Assembly (NCBI GenBank): GCA_030059665.1
Contig: JANVYR010000001.1
Span: 160,001 to 224,000 of the forward strand
DNA: 64,000 bases
Reading direction: 5' to 3'
Origin: Candidatus Calditenuis fumarioli
GTDB lineage: Archaea > Thermoproteota > Nitrososphaeria_A > Caldarchaeales > Calditenuaceae
Shown here: piece after piece, positions 17,988 through 28,370 of the stretch
Numbering within the stretch: position 1 is the first letter of the stretch
Layout of the letters: the number at the start of each line of letters is the position of its first letter
Notes under the pieces: model-generated
What the model was told of the DNA's origin: nothing
Seen by the model: the letters and a program-made list of their open reading frames with translations, nothing else
The model's database searches: none
Made by a program: the position numbers and the translations under genes

Positions 17988-18152
17988 ATTGGGCCCATTG
18001 TCGAATTGGACCGGTGACCTAGGAGGGTCGCGGGGGCGTCGACCTTTCCTCAGAAACATCCCCAAAATTCCTGATGGGTAGACGCGCATGTTCGGTCATA
18101 GCTGAGGTTCTCTCCCACTGCGCCCGTAATGCAACGCGGAACGTTCCCTGCG

Positions 18153-18653
18153 CTACGGCACCAGAAGCACCGGAACCCTGGATCGCCTGGCCACCTCCAC
18201 CGCAACGCGCCAGAAGAAGTCGCCCTCGTCGTCCCCCCTGCCCATCACGATCATCGCGCATCCCTCCTCCGCCTCAGCCAGGATCCCTGACCAGGCGTCA
18301 CCGGTCCTTTTGACTGGCTTGAAGGTGGCGGTTATCCCGAGCTCCCTTGCCCTAGCGAGCACTTGATCAGCCGTCTCGTGGACCCTGATCACCTCCTTCG
18401 TCCGTGCAGTCGTCGGGAGGGGTACGGGTGCGACCGGCCCCCGCTCGGCCGTTGAGGGCTTCAGGAGCTGGTCCAGCGGCCCCTGGAGCACGTGGGGTGA
18501 CGTCACCGCCGTTATCCTCAGGTCCAGTCCGAGCTCTTCCGCCAGCCAGAGGGCCGTCTCCCCCGCCCTCCTCGACGATTCGCCCGCGGTAACCACCAGC
18601 AGCAGGTAACGCCTCGATTCGCGACCGCCGGCCCGCTCCTCAGCACCCGTCAA
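18153..18653 (-). CDS. Universal stress protein (Usp domain)
   Basis: LLVV...SSRRAGETALWLA, MIVMGR and VARRSRVPVLLVP. Confidence 0.85.
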   Translation of the reverse strand: MTGAEERAGGRESRRYLLLVVTAGESSRRAGETALWLAEELGLDLRITAVTSPHVLQGPLDQLLKPSTAERGPVAPVPLPTTARTKEVIRVHETADQVLARARELGITATFKPVKRTGDAWSGILAEAEEGCAMIVMGRGDDEGDFFWRVAVEVARRSRVPVLLVP

Positions 18654-18921
18654 TCGTCATCACCCGCCTCTTCCCGAATCGGAAGTCCTTGCAGCCGGAC
18701 GTGACGATCCATGAGCCGTTCGCCGACCCAATCAAGTGGCTTCTGCCCACCGCGTTCTCCTTCTTTGCTATCGAATAAAGGATGAAGGACCAAGATGACT
18801 TGGCAGCATACATGGAACCTCATTGAGTTGCACCAGTGCGGTCTGGTGTTCCGTGAACCCTCATTGACGTTAGCGGGTGCTGATTGGCATGTGTCAAATC
18901 GCAGGCCAGCCACCTCAGCCC

Positions 18922-20115
18922 TCACCGCACATACCTGTTAAGCCTGAAGTGCAGCACACCAAAGACGAACCTCCCCACAGTAGAGAGCAGGTACACCGGG
19001 ATCATGGCCGCTGCGACGTCCCCGTTCAGCGACGTCAGCTGATCCACCAGGGCCCCGCCCACCGTCGAGCCGACGAAGCTGGAGATCCCCTGGAGCACGT
19101 TCGCTATGGCAACGTACGTAGCCCTCCCCTCGACCGGAACCACCGCGAGCAGGTAGAGGGTCCTTGCGGTGTTAATCACCGGGAACAAAAGGCCCGTCAT
19201 CACGTTCACTGCCACCAGCATCGGAACCACCGGCGTGAAGCCGTATACCAGCGGAACCGCAGCGAATGCCGCCCTCGAGATCGCCTGAAGCTTCACGAAC
19301 CCAATCAGGTCCACGTTTGCCCTCGAGACCAGGTAGATCGTCGCGATCGAGGCGATATCGCTAACGACGCTGAGCGCCGCTATCACGGAGAGGTCGAGCC
19401 GCGCGACCCTTGTCACTGTGATCGTGAAGAGGGGCCAGGCGATCGACATGAAGAGTATGTAAAGGGTGTTCAGTAGGACGTACTGCAGGTACGCCGAGTT
19501 CGCGGTTATCTCGCTGATCACAGAAAGGGAAGGCATCCTCTTTCCAACTTTCTGTTCCCTGATGCCTAGCAAAACCACCGCAGAGGCGAGCTCCGCGACC
19601 ATTGCGATCAGGAAGCCTATGTGGTAACCGTTCAGGCCGAACAGGCTCACGGCAGCCACCGTCGATGTTGCCACCGCAGCTCCCACGGTGCTCCAGGCAT
19701 TGATCTGGACGGTCACCCGCGTGCGCTCGGCCGGCTCCGTCACATCGGCTATGAGGGCCGTGAAGGTCGGGAGAGTCATCGAGTAGAAGGCGAACCTGAG
19801 AGCCATCAGCAGGACGAATGTGCCCGGAGAGGTGGTCATCAGGGCCAGCGGCCAGATGGCCGCCGAGAGCAGTCCTCCCGCCACAAGAAGCGGCACCCTC
19901 CTTCCCATCGCGTCCGATATCGAACCCCAGATCAGCTGGGCCGCGTTCGTCGTGAAGTTCATCGAGGCGTGCAGGAGGCCGAGCTCCGTCGGCGACGCGC
20001 CTAACTGGGCCGCATAGACCGCTATGAAGGGCTGAGCCGATCCCATTGCGACCGAAGAGGCGAGCGAGTTGGCGTACAGCGCTTTGGTCCTGCTCAACCC
20101 GATCCCTCCGTTCAT
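18922..20115 (-). CDS. MFS transporter
   Basis: About 12 TM helices, WGSISDAMGRR motif A, ALIADVTEPAER and EGRATYVAI. Confidence 0.9.
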   Translation of the reverse strand: MNGGIGLSRTKALYANSLASSVAMGSAQPFIAVYAAQLGASPTELGLLHASMNFTTNAAQLIWGSISDAMGRRVPLLVAGGLLSAAIWPLALMTTSPGTFVLLMALRFAFYSMTLPTFTALIADVTEPAERTRVTVQINAWSTVGAAVATSTVAAVSLFGLNGYHIGFLIAMVAELASAVVLLGIREQKVGKRMPSLSVISEITANSAYLQYVLLNTLYILFMSIAWPLFTITVTRVARLDLSVIAALSVVSDIASIATIYLVSRANVDLIGFVKLQAISRAAFAAVPLVYGFTPVVPMLVAVNVMTGLLFPVINTARTLYLLAVVPVEGRATYVAIANVLQGISSFVGSTVGGALVDQLTSLNGDVAAAMIPVYLLSTVGRFVFGVLHFRLNRYVR

Positions 20116-20183
20116 CGGTCGCTCAAAACCCCAGCACCGGTTCAGCTCTTTACTCAGCTTAATGGCGGAATTCTGGGAGCGGG

Positions 20184-20951
20184 ATGTCGGGACTCGGCGA
20201 GGTCTGGCCGACTGTCGAGAGGGCGCTGGTGCAGATCGGCGGCACATACGACAGGATAAACCGGTTCCTCTCCCTCGGGTTCGATGTGCGGCTCAGGGAG
20301 AGGGCCATCCGGATCGCTGGGAGGGACTGCAACGGCAGGGTTCTCGACGCAGGAAGCGGTCCTGGAACTTTCTCGCAGCTGGCCCTGAGGATCTGGCGCG
20401 GTGCTGACTTGGTGGCGATGGATCCCTTGGACGTCATGGTCAACCTCTGCAAGCGGAGGATCAGAACCGAGCGGTTCGATGCCGTCAGGGGTGTCTTCGA
20501 GAGGATGCCCTTCAGGGACGGTTGCTTTGACGTCGTGCTGACCGGGTTCTCGATCAGGGACGCGATAGACCTCAGGAAGGCCATCTCGGAGGTGAGGGGG
20601 GTCCTTAGAGAGGGCGGAAGTTACGTCCTATGCGACATCTCAAAGCCCGACCTGGCACCGATGAGGTTCATCGTCTCCGCTTACTGGTTCCTCGTGGCAC
20701 CTCTGCTAGGACTGCTTGCAGCGGGCGTTAAGGGCCTAAGGGTCTGGGACATTTACCGGACCTACCGGAGGTGGCCGGAGAGGGGGAAACTGATAGGGCT
20801 TCTTAGAAGGTACTTCTCGGTCGAGAAAGTGGTGAATGCGCTGTTGGGCGGCGCACTTATCGTTATGTGCAGGAAAAATACTTTCCGGAAATTTTTGTCA
20901 CTAACATCGAATGTAGAAATTCGCCCGGGTAACTCTCGGAATGAGGGATGA
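20184..20951 (+). CDS. UbiE/COQ5-family class I SAM methyltransferase
   Basis: YDRINRFLSLG, VLDAGSGPG, MPFRDGCFD and EVRGVLREGG. The final codons are AT-rich. Confidence 0.88.
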   Translation: MSGLGEVWPTVERALVQIGGTYDRINRFLSLGFDVRLRERAIRIAGRDCNGRVLDAGSGPGTFSQLALRIWRGADLVAMDPLDVMVNLCKRRIRTERFDAVRGVFERMPFRDGCFDVVLTGFSIRDAIDLRKAISEVRGVLREGGSYVLCDISKPDLAPMRFIVSAYWFLVAPLLGLLAAGVKGLRVWDIYRTYRRWPERGKLIGLLRRYFSVEKVVNALLGGALIVMCRKNTFRKFLSLTSNVEIRPGNSRNEG

Positions 20952-21208
20952 CCTCATCGTTGATAATTCTGATAAGTTTAAATCTTAGTTGTAATTGATA
21001 AAATGTGCGAATTACTGCAAGATCATGCGAAAAAGGGGAGGGTTGGTGGGTTTAAAGCAGATCTTTCAGCTGTAATCCGCTAGGGGGCCACCAAAAAGGG
21101 GATGGTATCAGGTGAATGGATATATTAAAAACTTAAAATGGAAAGTTGGGAGGCGCTTTGAATCTTTCTTAAGATACGTTTTTATAAAACTAATGTATAA
21201 TTGGATTT

Positions 21209-22381
21209 ATGAAGATTGATAACAGAAAATCACTAATAATCGTCGGCATTTTAGCTGCAACTAGTAGTTTGGTCCACTTCGGAAATGCTAATCAGGTTCG
21301 TGGCAACCCAATGCTAGATTTCGATTCACCTTACTATGTTCATTTGATTCTATGGATGGGGGGAGAAATCGACAGTTTACCACCTCAACCCTTCCGAATG
21401 AGGATTACCGTTCCAGCTCTCGCAAGTTTAATATATAGGTATATAGGGGTGAACAACGCATTTGGATTGATAAACTCGATTTTGTGGATAGCAACAGTTT
21501 TAATATACTTCTATGCAGTCAGAAAACTCTACGATATAAAGACAGCAACCGTCACCTCTGTTCTTTTCTCTTATTCTGTCCCTGTTATGGTCTATGGGGC
21601 AGCTATTTCGACTGATATGCTAGGATATTTGGCTTTAGCGGCAACGACTTTATATCTCGTAAAAAGCTCGTCCCAAGAAACAAAGTCGATGATTTTGCTA
21701 GGTGTTTTATTATATTTCGCAACTATGGGCAGGGAGGTAAGCATCCTCGCTATAGCGTATGTGTTTATATATAGAATTCTTACCGATAGGAAAAGATTTT
21801 ATTCTGCGGTCGTGGAGGTTTTCTATCTCTTAGTTTTTGCCGTTTTAGGTCTAGTAACGGCAAGTCTATTGATACCTCAACCTGGATATACCGCATACTT
21901 TTATCAAGCGTTACAGGGTTCGTTATCAGTGGATAAAGTATTGAGAGAAGCCTATCAAATCATAGCCACTTATCATATTGGATGGATATTCATCTGCTGG
22001 AATTTAATTAATGTAAGGCGTTCGGAAAAGGATAGGGGAGACGTACTATTTCTAACGTCACTGATTGTGGGAAGCACTTTCCTTATTATCGATCATTTTA
22101 TAGGAGTTATCAGTTCTCGGTTTGTTTTCTTAACATATCTAGGTTTTATAATCGCAATCTATAGGGGAATGGAATCTATTAGGGATTTGTTATGCCTGAA
22201 GCCAAAATTAGGTTTTTGTCGGCACATCAGCTGGATGGTTTTTACCGTGTACGTCGGAGTTGGCTTAATTTTCACAGCCGAGAGCAATTTATCTTTCCCA
22301 ACAATATCTGATACCCAAATCGCTCAACTTTTTCCGAAAAATTATCCCATAGAAAAACTTTGGCGAATCAAGGGTGAATGA
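21209..22381 (+). CDS. AT-rich polytopic membrane protein, probable GT-C glycosyltransferase
   Basis: About 10 TM helices, DSPYY after TM1, PFRMRITVP, TDML and REVSIL. These resemble ArnT/PMT-like GT-C patterns. Confidence 0.55.
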   Translation: MKIDNRKSLIIVGILAATSSLVHFGNANQVRGNPMLDFDSPYYVHLILWMGGEIDSLPPQPFRMRITVPALASLIYRYIGVNNAFGLINSILWIATVLIYFYAVRKLYDIKTATVTSVLFSYSVPVMVYGAAISTDMLGYLALAATTLYLVKSSSQETKSMILLGVLLYFATMGREVSILAIAYVFIYRILTDRKRFYSAVVEVFYLLVFAVLGLVTASLLIPQPGYTAYFYQALQGSLSVDKVLREAYQIIATYHIGWIFICWNLINVRRSEKDRGDVLFLTSLIVGSTFLIIDHFIGVISSRFVFLTYLGFIIAIYRGMESIRDLLCLKPKLGFCRHISWMVFTVYVGVGLIFTAESNLSFPTISDTQIAQLFPKNYPIEKLWRIKGE

Positions 22382-22667
22382 TAATTTTGTTTTTACTTAT
22401 AATGCTATCCGTATATCCTCGCTACGAATAAAATATACTTTAAGTTTATATAAAAAATCTTGATCGAACACCAGCAGTTTATTATTATATCCTTTAAAGG
22501 TAGTTTCCTTAAGTTAATCATTTACTAGTGAGGAGTACAGGTAATGGCTTGTGAAGGGCGGGTTCTCTCTTTCAGGCAGCTTCGAGGAAGGGAGGTCAGG
22601 CAGCCGCGACAGCCCGTATTTTCCAATTGTTAAATAAGGGCTCCGGACGAGATGGTGAAGCGAAAGG

Positions 22668-23876
22668 ATGGTAAGACGCCGCCTGCGGATCCTCTTCACC
22701 TCTAGCGGATACAGCATTGGAGGGGCTACGATGGCTATGATGCACTTGGCAATCGGACTGGCCAGTCTCGGACACGAGCCGATCGTGCTGACCTCAAGAC
22801 CGGCATCGAGATACTCTCACCTCTTCGAGAGACTCAGGCGCAACGGCGTCAGGGTCTTATCGTTTGGAGGGGATTACAGGTCGATACTTTACTGGGTCTG
22901 GCTCTTCTTCAGGACATTACGTACTATAAGGGCCATGGCAGTGGACATCGTCCATTGTCACGGCACCAAGGAAGCTGTAGTTGTCGGGGTCGCCGCGAAG
23001 CTGGGCCGCAAAACGGTCGTCTACACGCTGGAAGGTGACCCGCTGATTGAACTTCAACTCGCGGGTGCTGGGCCTCTCTCGAGGCTCCTCATGCTCCTCT
23101 TGCTTCACGTGGGTCTCAGGCTTGCAGACAGGGTCGCCGCGTGCAGCAGTTGGCTCGCGGAACACGTGAGGGCAAGGTACGGTGTTGAGGCAATAGGCAT
23201 CTGGAACCCGATAGATTACGAGAGGTTCTCCGAGGTGAGGAAGGCCGAATCGGCAGTGCCCATCATAACGTTCGTCGGGAGGCTGGAGAGGGTCAAGGGG
23301 GTCGAGACGCTACTGATGGCGCTCAGCGAGCTGAGGAAAAGTGGTCGCAGCGATGTAACCCTGCGACTAATAGGCGAGGGGCCGCTGAGGAGGAGGCTGG
23401 AAAGGCTCTGCAAAGATCTGGGGATCGACGGAGGCGTGATTTTCGTGGGACATGTGGGTGACGTCGAACGTCACCTGGCGGACTCTTGGGCCTTCGTTCT
23501 ACCGTCCCTCTACGAGCCGTTTGGCATGGCCGCTGCGGAGGCATCCGTGGCCGGACTTCCTGTTATCGCATCAAACGTAGGGGGTCTCAGGGAGATCGTC
23601 GTGGAGGGCGAGACCGGATTCCTCTTCAGACCAGGAGATTACAGGGAGCTTTCAAAACTTTTAGCCACAGTTCTGGACAACGAGAATTTGAGGAGAAGGC
23701 TGGGGGAAAAAGGACGTGAGCGCGCGAAGGAATTCGCTGCTGCGAAAATAGCGGAGAAATATGTTGAACTCTATCTCAGCGTTCTTGCTAGAAAGGAGGG
23801 CCCAAACAGATGCAATAAGACGGTTAACATCCACGGCTACACCCCAGACTATCTTAAACGGTACACAATGAGGTAG
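22668..23876 (+). CDS. GT4 glycosyltransferase
   Basis: GGATMAM, FVGRLERVKG, PSLYEPFGMAAAEA and GETGFLF. Confidence 0.93.
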   Translation: MVRRRLRILFTSSGYSIGGATMAMMHLAIGLASLGHEPIVLTSRPASRYSHLFERLRRNGVRVLSFGGDYRSILYWVWLFFRTLRTIRAMAVDIVHCHGTKEAVVVGVAAKLGRKTVVYTLEGDPLIELQLAGAGPLSRLLMLLLLHVGLRLADRVAACSSWLAEHVRARYGVEAIGIWNPIDYERFSEVRKAESAVPIITFVGRLERVKGVETLLMALSELRKSGRSDVTLRLIGEGPLRRRLERLCKDLGIDGGVIFVGHVGDVERHLADSWAFVLPSLYEPFGMAAAEASVAGLPVIASNVGGLREIVVEGETGFLFRPGDYRELSKLLATVLDNENLRRRLGEKGRERAKEFAAAKIAEKYVELYLSVLARKEGPNRCNKTVNIHGYTPDYLKRYTMR

Positions 23877-23931
23877 TGCCTTAAGGTGAAGCATCGCTTA
23901 TCGCAGAATGCGAAACTCATTACTGGTTTAG

Positions 23932-25158
23932 ATGGGGAGCAGTACGAAGGGTATCCACATAAATTCCCAGACGATTTTTGGAGCAGGTGCTATGGTTTCG
24001 GTGATGACTTTCACTGGTAAGATCAGCGGTCTGAAAGCCTCATCGCTTCACGCCCAGTACTTTGAGGAGTACGTCGCGTTAGCAGGTCATTTAGATAGGC
24101 TACTGGTGGTTACTGACACGATCGAGTACTTGCCACCTGACCTTCCTTCTAACCTGGAGGTCGTGAAGGTCGATGTCGTCAGACTCCCTGAAGTTTACGG
24201 CGTAACTAAGATGGCCGGTTTTTGCCTCCAGCCACTTCTCAAGAGCGTAGACGTCGTCTACGTACGGACGTTCAGCCCACCGGAGCTGGCGGCCCTTTGG
24301 ATCGCAGGGACCTTGAAGGGCGTTCCCTCGGTCCTCACCATAGGCGGGACCTGGCTCTTCGGGAAGCCGCATGAGTCGCCAGGGGTTAAGAAGTCAGTCT
24401 TCAGGTGGATCCTGAGGAGGGCTGCTTACACGGCCTCGAGGGTAACCCTCTACTCCCGTTATATGTTGCCCGAGGTGATGTATTTCATTCCACGCATCGA
24501 TCTAGGTAGGGTCAGGTTCATACACAACTCGGTGAACGTTGAGAGGTTCAGGCCCGGGTTGAGACCACCCTCGAGTTGGGAGGGCGACGGCAGGCGCAAG
24601 GTCTTCTGGGTCGGTCGGATAAACGAGGGGAAGGGCGTCGAGGACCTGATAGCTGCTTTCGCCAAGGTAGCCACTAGTTTCAAGGACGTCGATTTGTGGA
24701 TCGCTGGGACTGGAGATCGACAGTACGTCGACCACCTGAAGAGGCGGTGCAGGGAACTCGGGATGGCGGACAGGGTCGTGTTTCCGGGGCCGATCCCAAA
24801 CGAGGAGGTGCCGAGGTACATGGCTAACGCCACGGTCTTCGCTTACCCCTCAAGAGGGGGAGAGGGTATCCCGAGGGCTCTGCTCGAGGCTATGGCGTGC
24901 GAGGCGGCCGTCGTTGCAACCAAGGTCTCGGGGATACCTGAGGCAGTGATAGACGGCGAGACTGGACTACTGGTTGGGAAGCAGGATGTAGAGGGGCTAT
25001 CGAGGGCACTCGAGTTGCTGTTAGCTGACGAGGGGTTGGCGCGTAGGTTGGGTCGCAACGCAAGGGCGAAGATCGTCAGCGAGTTCAGCCACGAGGTCGT
25101 AATTCCACAGATAGCGTCGCTTCTGAGAGAAGTCAGCGCCGAGAGGAGCAGATTTTGA
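23932..25158 (+). CDS. GT4 glycosyltransferase
   Basis: VGRINEGKG, EGIPRALLEAMAC and GIPEAVIDGETG. The true start may be 23992 or 24004. Confidence 0.92.
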   Translation: MGSSTKGIHINSQTIFGAGAMVSVMTFTGKISGLKASSLHAQYFEEYVALAGHLDRLLVVTDTIEYLPPDLPSNLEVVKVDVVRLPEVYGVTKMAGFCLQPLLKSVDVVYVRTFSPPELAALWIAGTLKGVPSVLTIGGTWLFGKPHESPGVKKSVFRWILRRAAYTASRVTLYSRYMLPEVMYFIPRIDLGRVRFIHNSVNVERFRPGLRPPSSWEGDGRRKVFWVGRINEGKGVEDLIAAFAKVATSFKDVDLWIAGTGDRQYVDHLKRRCRELGMADRVVFPGPIPNEEVPRYMANATVFAYPSRGGEGIPRALLEAMACEAAVVATKVSGIPEAVIDGETGLLVGKQDVEGLSRALELLLADEGLARRLGRNARAKIVSEFSHEVVIPQIASLLREVSAERSRF

Positions 25159-26098
25159 GGTAAGCTTCCGCGTACCTCCTGACGGCCTTCTCCCACTCGA
25201 ACTCCCTTGCCACGACCTCCCTTCCCCTCTCACCCATCTCTTCCCTCAACTCTGGGTCACCGAGCAGTGCCGATATGTATTCCGCGATCTTGACCGGGTC
25301 CCTTTCCCGGACGATGAAGCCCTCACGGCCGTGCGTGAAGACCTCTGGGACGAGACCTACTGCTGTCGAGACGAAGGGCGTCTGACAGGCCGCTGCCTCG
25401 AAGACGGTCCTTGGACCTCCCTCGTAGTGTGACGTGCAGACGAAGACCGCAGCCTCATTGTAGTGCCTCACGAGCTCGTCTTGCCCCACCCATCCGTAGA
25501 ACCTGACCACGGACCCGACCCCTAATCGGTCCGCCAGGGACTTCAGCGGCCTTCTCTCAGGGCCGTCACCGACGATCCTGACCTCCAGCCCGGGGAAATC
25601 CCTAGCCAGAACCGGAACGGCCTCGATGAGGAGCTCAAGCCCCTTTTCAGGTACTAGTCGGGAAGCCGACAGCACAATGGGCCGCCTCGATGAATGCGGG
25701 TTCAGTGGTCTGAAGAGGTCCAACTTAATGTAAACCGATGGGATGACCATCACGTTCCTGACACCCATTCTTTTCAGGCTCGAAGCTATCTGCCTGCTGA
25801 CGGCCCTAACGAATTGGGACTGCCTCAGTACGAACCTCGCGGCCAAGAGGTCCTTTAACGGCAGGAAACCGCCCTCGAGGTAGTTGCCGTGAACCTCGCA
25901 TATCATGGTCGCTCCCGAGAGCTTGGCCTGCATTAGTGCCGGTAGCCCGATCCTCAGGGTGGGCTCTTGGGCTACCACGAGGTCGTAGCGCCTAGCCCGT
26001 GGCAGATGAAGGCCGTCTGAGACCTCAACCTCTCCCCAATATCTCCGAAGCTCGTCTATGGCGATCGATGGCCTTCTGCCGACCATCAACACCCTCAA
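25133..26098 (-). CDS. GT4 glycosyltransferase
   Basis: SRLVPEKG, EGGPRTVFEAAAC and GLVPEVF. Confidence 0.92.
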   Translation of the reverse strand: MRVLMVGRRPSIAIDELRRYWGEVEVSDGLHLPRARRYDLVVAQEPTLRIGLPALMQAKLSGATMICEVHGNYLEGGFLPLKDLLAARFVLRQSQFVRAVSRQIASSLKRMGVRNVMVIPSVYIKLDLFRPLNPHSSRRPIVLSASRLVPEKGLELLIEAVPVLARDFPGLEVRIVGDGPERRPLKSLADRLGVGSVVRFYGWVGQDELVRHYNEAAVFVCTSHYEGGPRTVFEAAACQTPFVSTAVGLVPEVFTHGREGFIVRERDPVKIAEYISALLGDPELREEMGERGREVVAREFEWEKAVRRYAEAYLKICSSRR

Positions 26099-26490
26099 GC
26101 CGCTTTCTACAGCAGAATTGAGATAGGATGTGAAATTAGGTGTTTCTCTGTCCGGACCTTCCGGTTATTCGATCAAGGGTTATTCATCTTGCAGGTATGG
26201 CTGGGCATTGATCCATCCATTCACGGCAATTGAGCAATTTTATAGAGTTCCTGAAAACATTGCCCGTTTAAGGGTGGGACCCATGCTATTTCTCGATCGA
26301 GACACCGGCTAAGTTGGACACGTCTAGACGGCTTCACACTTCCGTTCCACAACTAGATGGCTCGACGGGAAGAAGATGGTGTCGGCGGAGGTTCTATTTC
26401 AGATCCAACACCGAGTTTTACGCTCGGTGAAGCCTCGTTTTCGTGGTTATTAGGGGGCGAGGTTCGAAAAAGCGTATTCGTCACCATCTT

Positions 26491-26877
26491 TTAGCCATCG
26501 CTTAGCCCCAGATCGTTTAGAAGTACTTTCAGTTGATCCTTGATAATTATGCCCTTTCGGATTGCCTCAATCACCATCGGTGTCCTTAATTTCTTCTGTC
26601 TGAGGAATTCCTGCGGTGTCAGCGGTATTATCTCCAAGTCCGGATACTCTCGCAATACGTCTATGAGTTGGTCGAACCTTTTCAGTGGATTCCGTGCAAA
26701 CCTTGGTGATATTACTAAAAGGTCCACATCGCTCCACTCGTTGAAGTCCCCCCTGGCGTACGATCCTATGATTGCAGCTGAAACTGGACCTAAGATCCGT
26801 TCTATCATGCAGACTGCCTCGGCGGCCGATTCAATGGCTGCTTTTCTCACGCGCTTCCTTTCTTCAAGGATTCCCAT
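26491..26877 (-). CDS. Minimal nucleotidyltransferase (MNT) antitoxin
   Basis: IGSYARGDFNEWSDVDLLV; overlaps the upstream HEPN gene. Confidence 0.9.
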   Translation of the reverse strand: MGILEERKRVRKAAIESAAEAVCMIERILGPVSAAIIGSYARGDFNEWSDVDLLVISPRFARNPLKRFDQLIDVLREYPDLEIIPLTPQEFLRQKKLRTPMVIEAIRKGIIIKDQLKVLLNDLGLSDG

Positions 26878-27260
26878 TTCGCCTTCACCCAACTCAGAAC
26901 CTCTTCCGCTCTCCTAATGGCTTCCAGAGCCTCGCTCTCGGAAAAGTACTCTTCAGGCATACCTGACTCCCATACATCTGGATGTCTTGTCGACGTATAA
27001 TACTTGTCGAGTCGCAGACAGTCCTCCTTAATTCTGTCATCGCCGCCGATGAGGCCTTCCAGAGCGTCGTACAATTTCTTGAGGCTGTGACCATAGCGCG
27101 GATTGCCGGAACCCCACAATAGAGCCCTCAATGCCTTCTCTGTTGCTTGGTGCGACTTGAAGCACGCCCAGTTGTATTCACCGCCCCTCAAGTCCTTGAC
27201 GGCTGAGTTCAGAGTTGCCTGAGCACTTGTTATCCACCTGCCGAACTCGTCTTCGTCCAA
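26847..27260 (-). CDS. HEPN-domain protein
   Basis: ACFKSHQATEKALRA, GHSL and LDKYYTSTRHPD...AEEVL. Confidence 0.9.
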   Translation of the reverse strand: MDEDEFGRWITSAQATLNSAVKDLRGGEYNWACFKSHQATEKALRALLWGSGNPRYGHSLKKLYDALEGLIGGDDRIKEDCLRLDKYYTSTRHPDVWESGMPEEYFSESEALEAIRRAEEVLSWVKAKWESLKKGSA

Positions 27261-27476
27261 GGATCAGCACCGTAAATATTTGTCTAACCTGCTGATAAAA
27301 GTGCTCCTACAGATTGGGCTCAAGTGCGAGATCACGGACACATTAATTGGATGCGGGCGTCACATTCCATAAGTGACCTGTCCTATTCTCAGAGATATTC
27401 GGATAGGTTGCGATGCGAGGTTCTGAAGACAAAAAGGATGGGTGATGGGGATGGAAGTAGCTAGTTTCTGACAGAT

Positions 27477-28370
27477 CTATTCCTCAACAGGGTTTGAAGA
27501 GCCAACGCCAGTTGTTTCGTCAACATGGGCATGAGGCGTATGCCGGTGATTCACGGGAATAAATAACATGTTCTTAGCAGGCCTGTACATCGTTAAGTCT
27601 ATATCCTCTTTCATCATATATCCTAATTGAGATAGCAACTTTACTACGTCGTCGAAGTTTTGGTGCCAGACTTCTACGAGGAGAAGCGGATATCTTTCCC
27701 TTAATGTCCTCGTCATCCCCTTCAGGACGTCCAGTTCATGCCCTTCCACATCTATTTTGACGAACTCGGGCCCGGATTGGGGGAAGAAACGCACTACTAC
27801 GTCGTCTATTCTGATCGTTTGGACGTTGCCTGGGCCTTGCGTCACCCTAGCACTACCACCTGAACCTATTATTGCCATCGTTTTACTGGACTCCGAACTT
27901 GCAGCGTAAGGCAATACGATGACGTTTCCGATTTTGTTAAGCCTTATGTTCCTAAGGAGAACCTTTCTAACTGCCTCCTGCGGTTCGACTGCTATCACTT
28001 TCTCGCATATTTGCGAGAGAAGCAGCGAATAAGCTCCCATATGTGCTCCGACATCTATAGCAGTTCTTGGCTTCAGTTCTGCCAATAGACGCTTCTCCAC
28101 CTTTTCATACTCGTCCGAGAACACGACGATTTCTAATTTACATTCGCCGAGAAGGACCCTGATTCTAAATCTATAATAAATCACTTCAATAGGTATTTTT
28201 CTCACTAACCGCGAGTCTACAAACTTATAAAAATCGAGACCCCATCGTCGGAGTGCAACTCTTCTAAGAACGCGCAGAAGAACGTATGAACCAAGGATTA
28301 AAATCAGCTGAGGGTAGGACCGCCAGGAAATCTTCAGCCGACGCAACAGCCCGGGCAGCCCCCACCTCAA
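27477..28370 (-). CDS. FkbM-family methyltransferase
   Basis: IDVGAHMGAYS, AVEPQ, FVKIDVEGHELDVLKG and LLVEV. Confidence 0.93.
   Translation of the reverse strand: MRWGLPGLLRRLKISWRSYPQLILILGSYVLLRVLRRVALRRWGLDFYKFVDSRLVRKIPIEVIYYRFRIRVLLGECKLEIVVFSDEYEKVEKRLLAELKPRTAIDVGAHMGAYSLLLSQICEKVIAVEPQEAVRKVLLRNIRLNKIGNVIVLPYAASSESSKTMAIIGSGGSARVTQGPGNVQTIRIDDVVVRFFPQSGPEFVKIDVEGHELDVLKGMTRTLRERYPLLLVEVWHQNFDDVVKLLSQLGYMMKEDIDLTMYRPAKNMLFIPVNHRHTPHAHVDETTGVGSSNPVEE

Noticed and set aside
18654-18921. 91-aa ORF and a ...VMTIDGC fragment between MFS and Usp
   Set aside because: Atypical composition, and the DGC-like match is too short to support a call.
23790-23876. Odd C-terminal tail of the first GT4 as a fused domain
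   Set aside because: Too short to assign; most simply read-through into AT-rich spacer after loss of the stop codon.
26409-26429. 7-bp hairpin CACCGAG-N7-CTCGGTG downstream of the MNT gene
   Set aside because: Short, with no poly-T tract in the expected orientation; could be chance.
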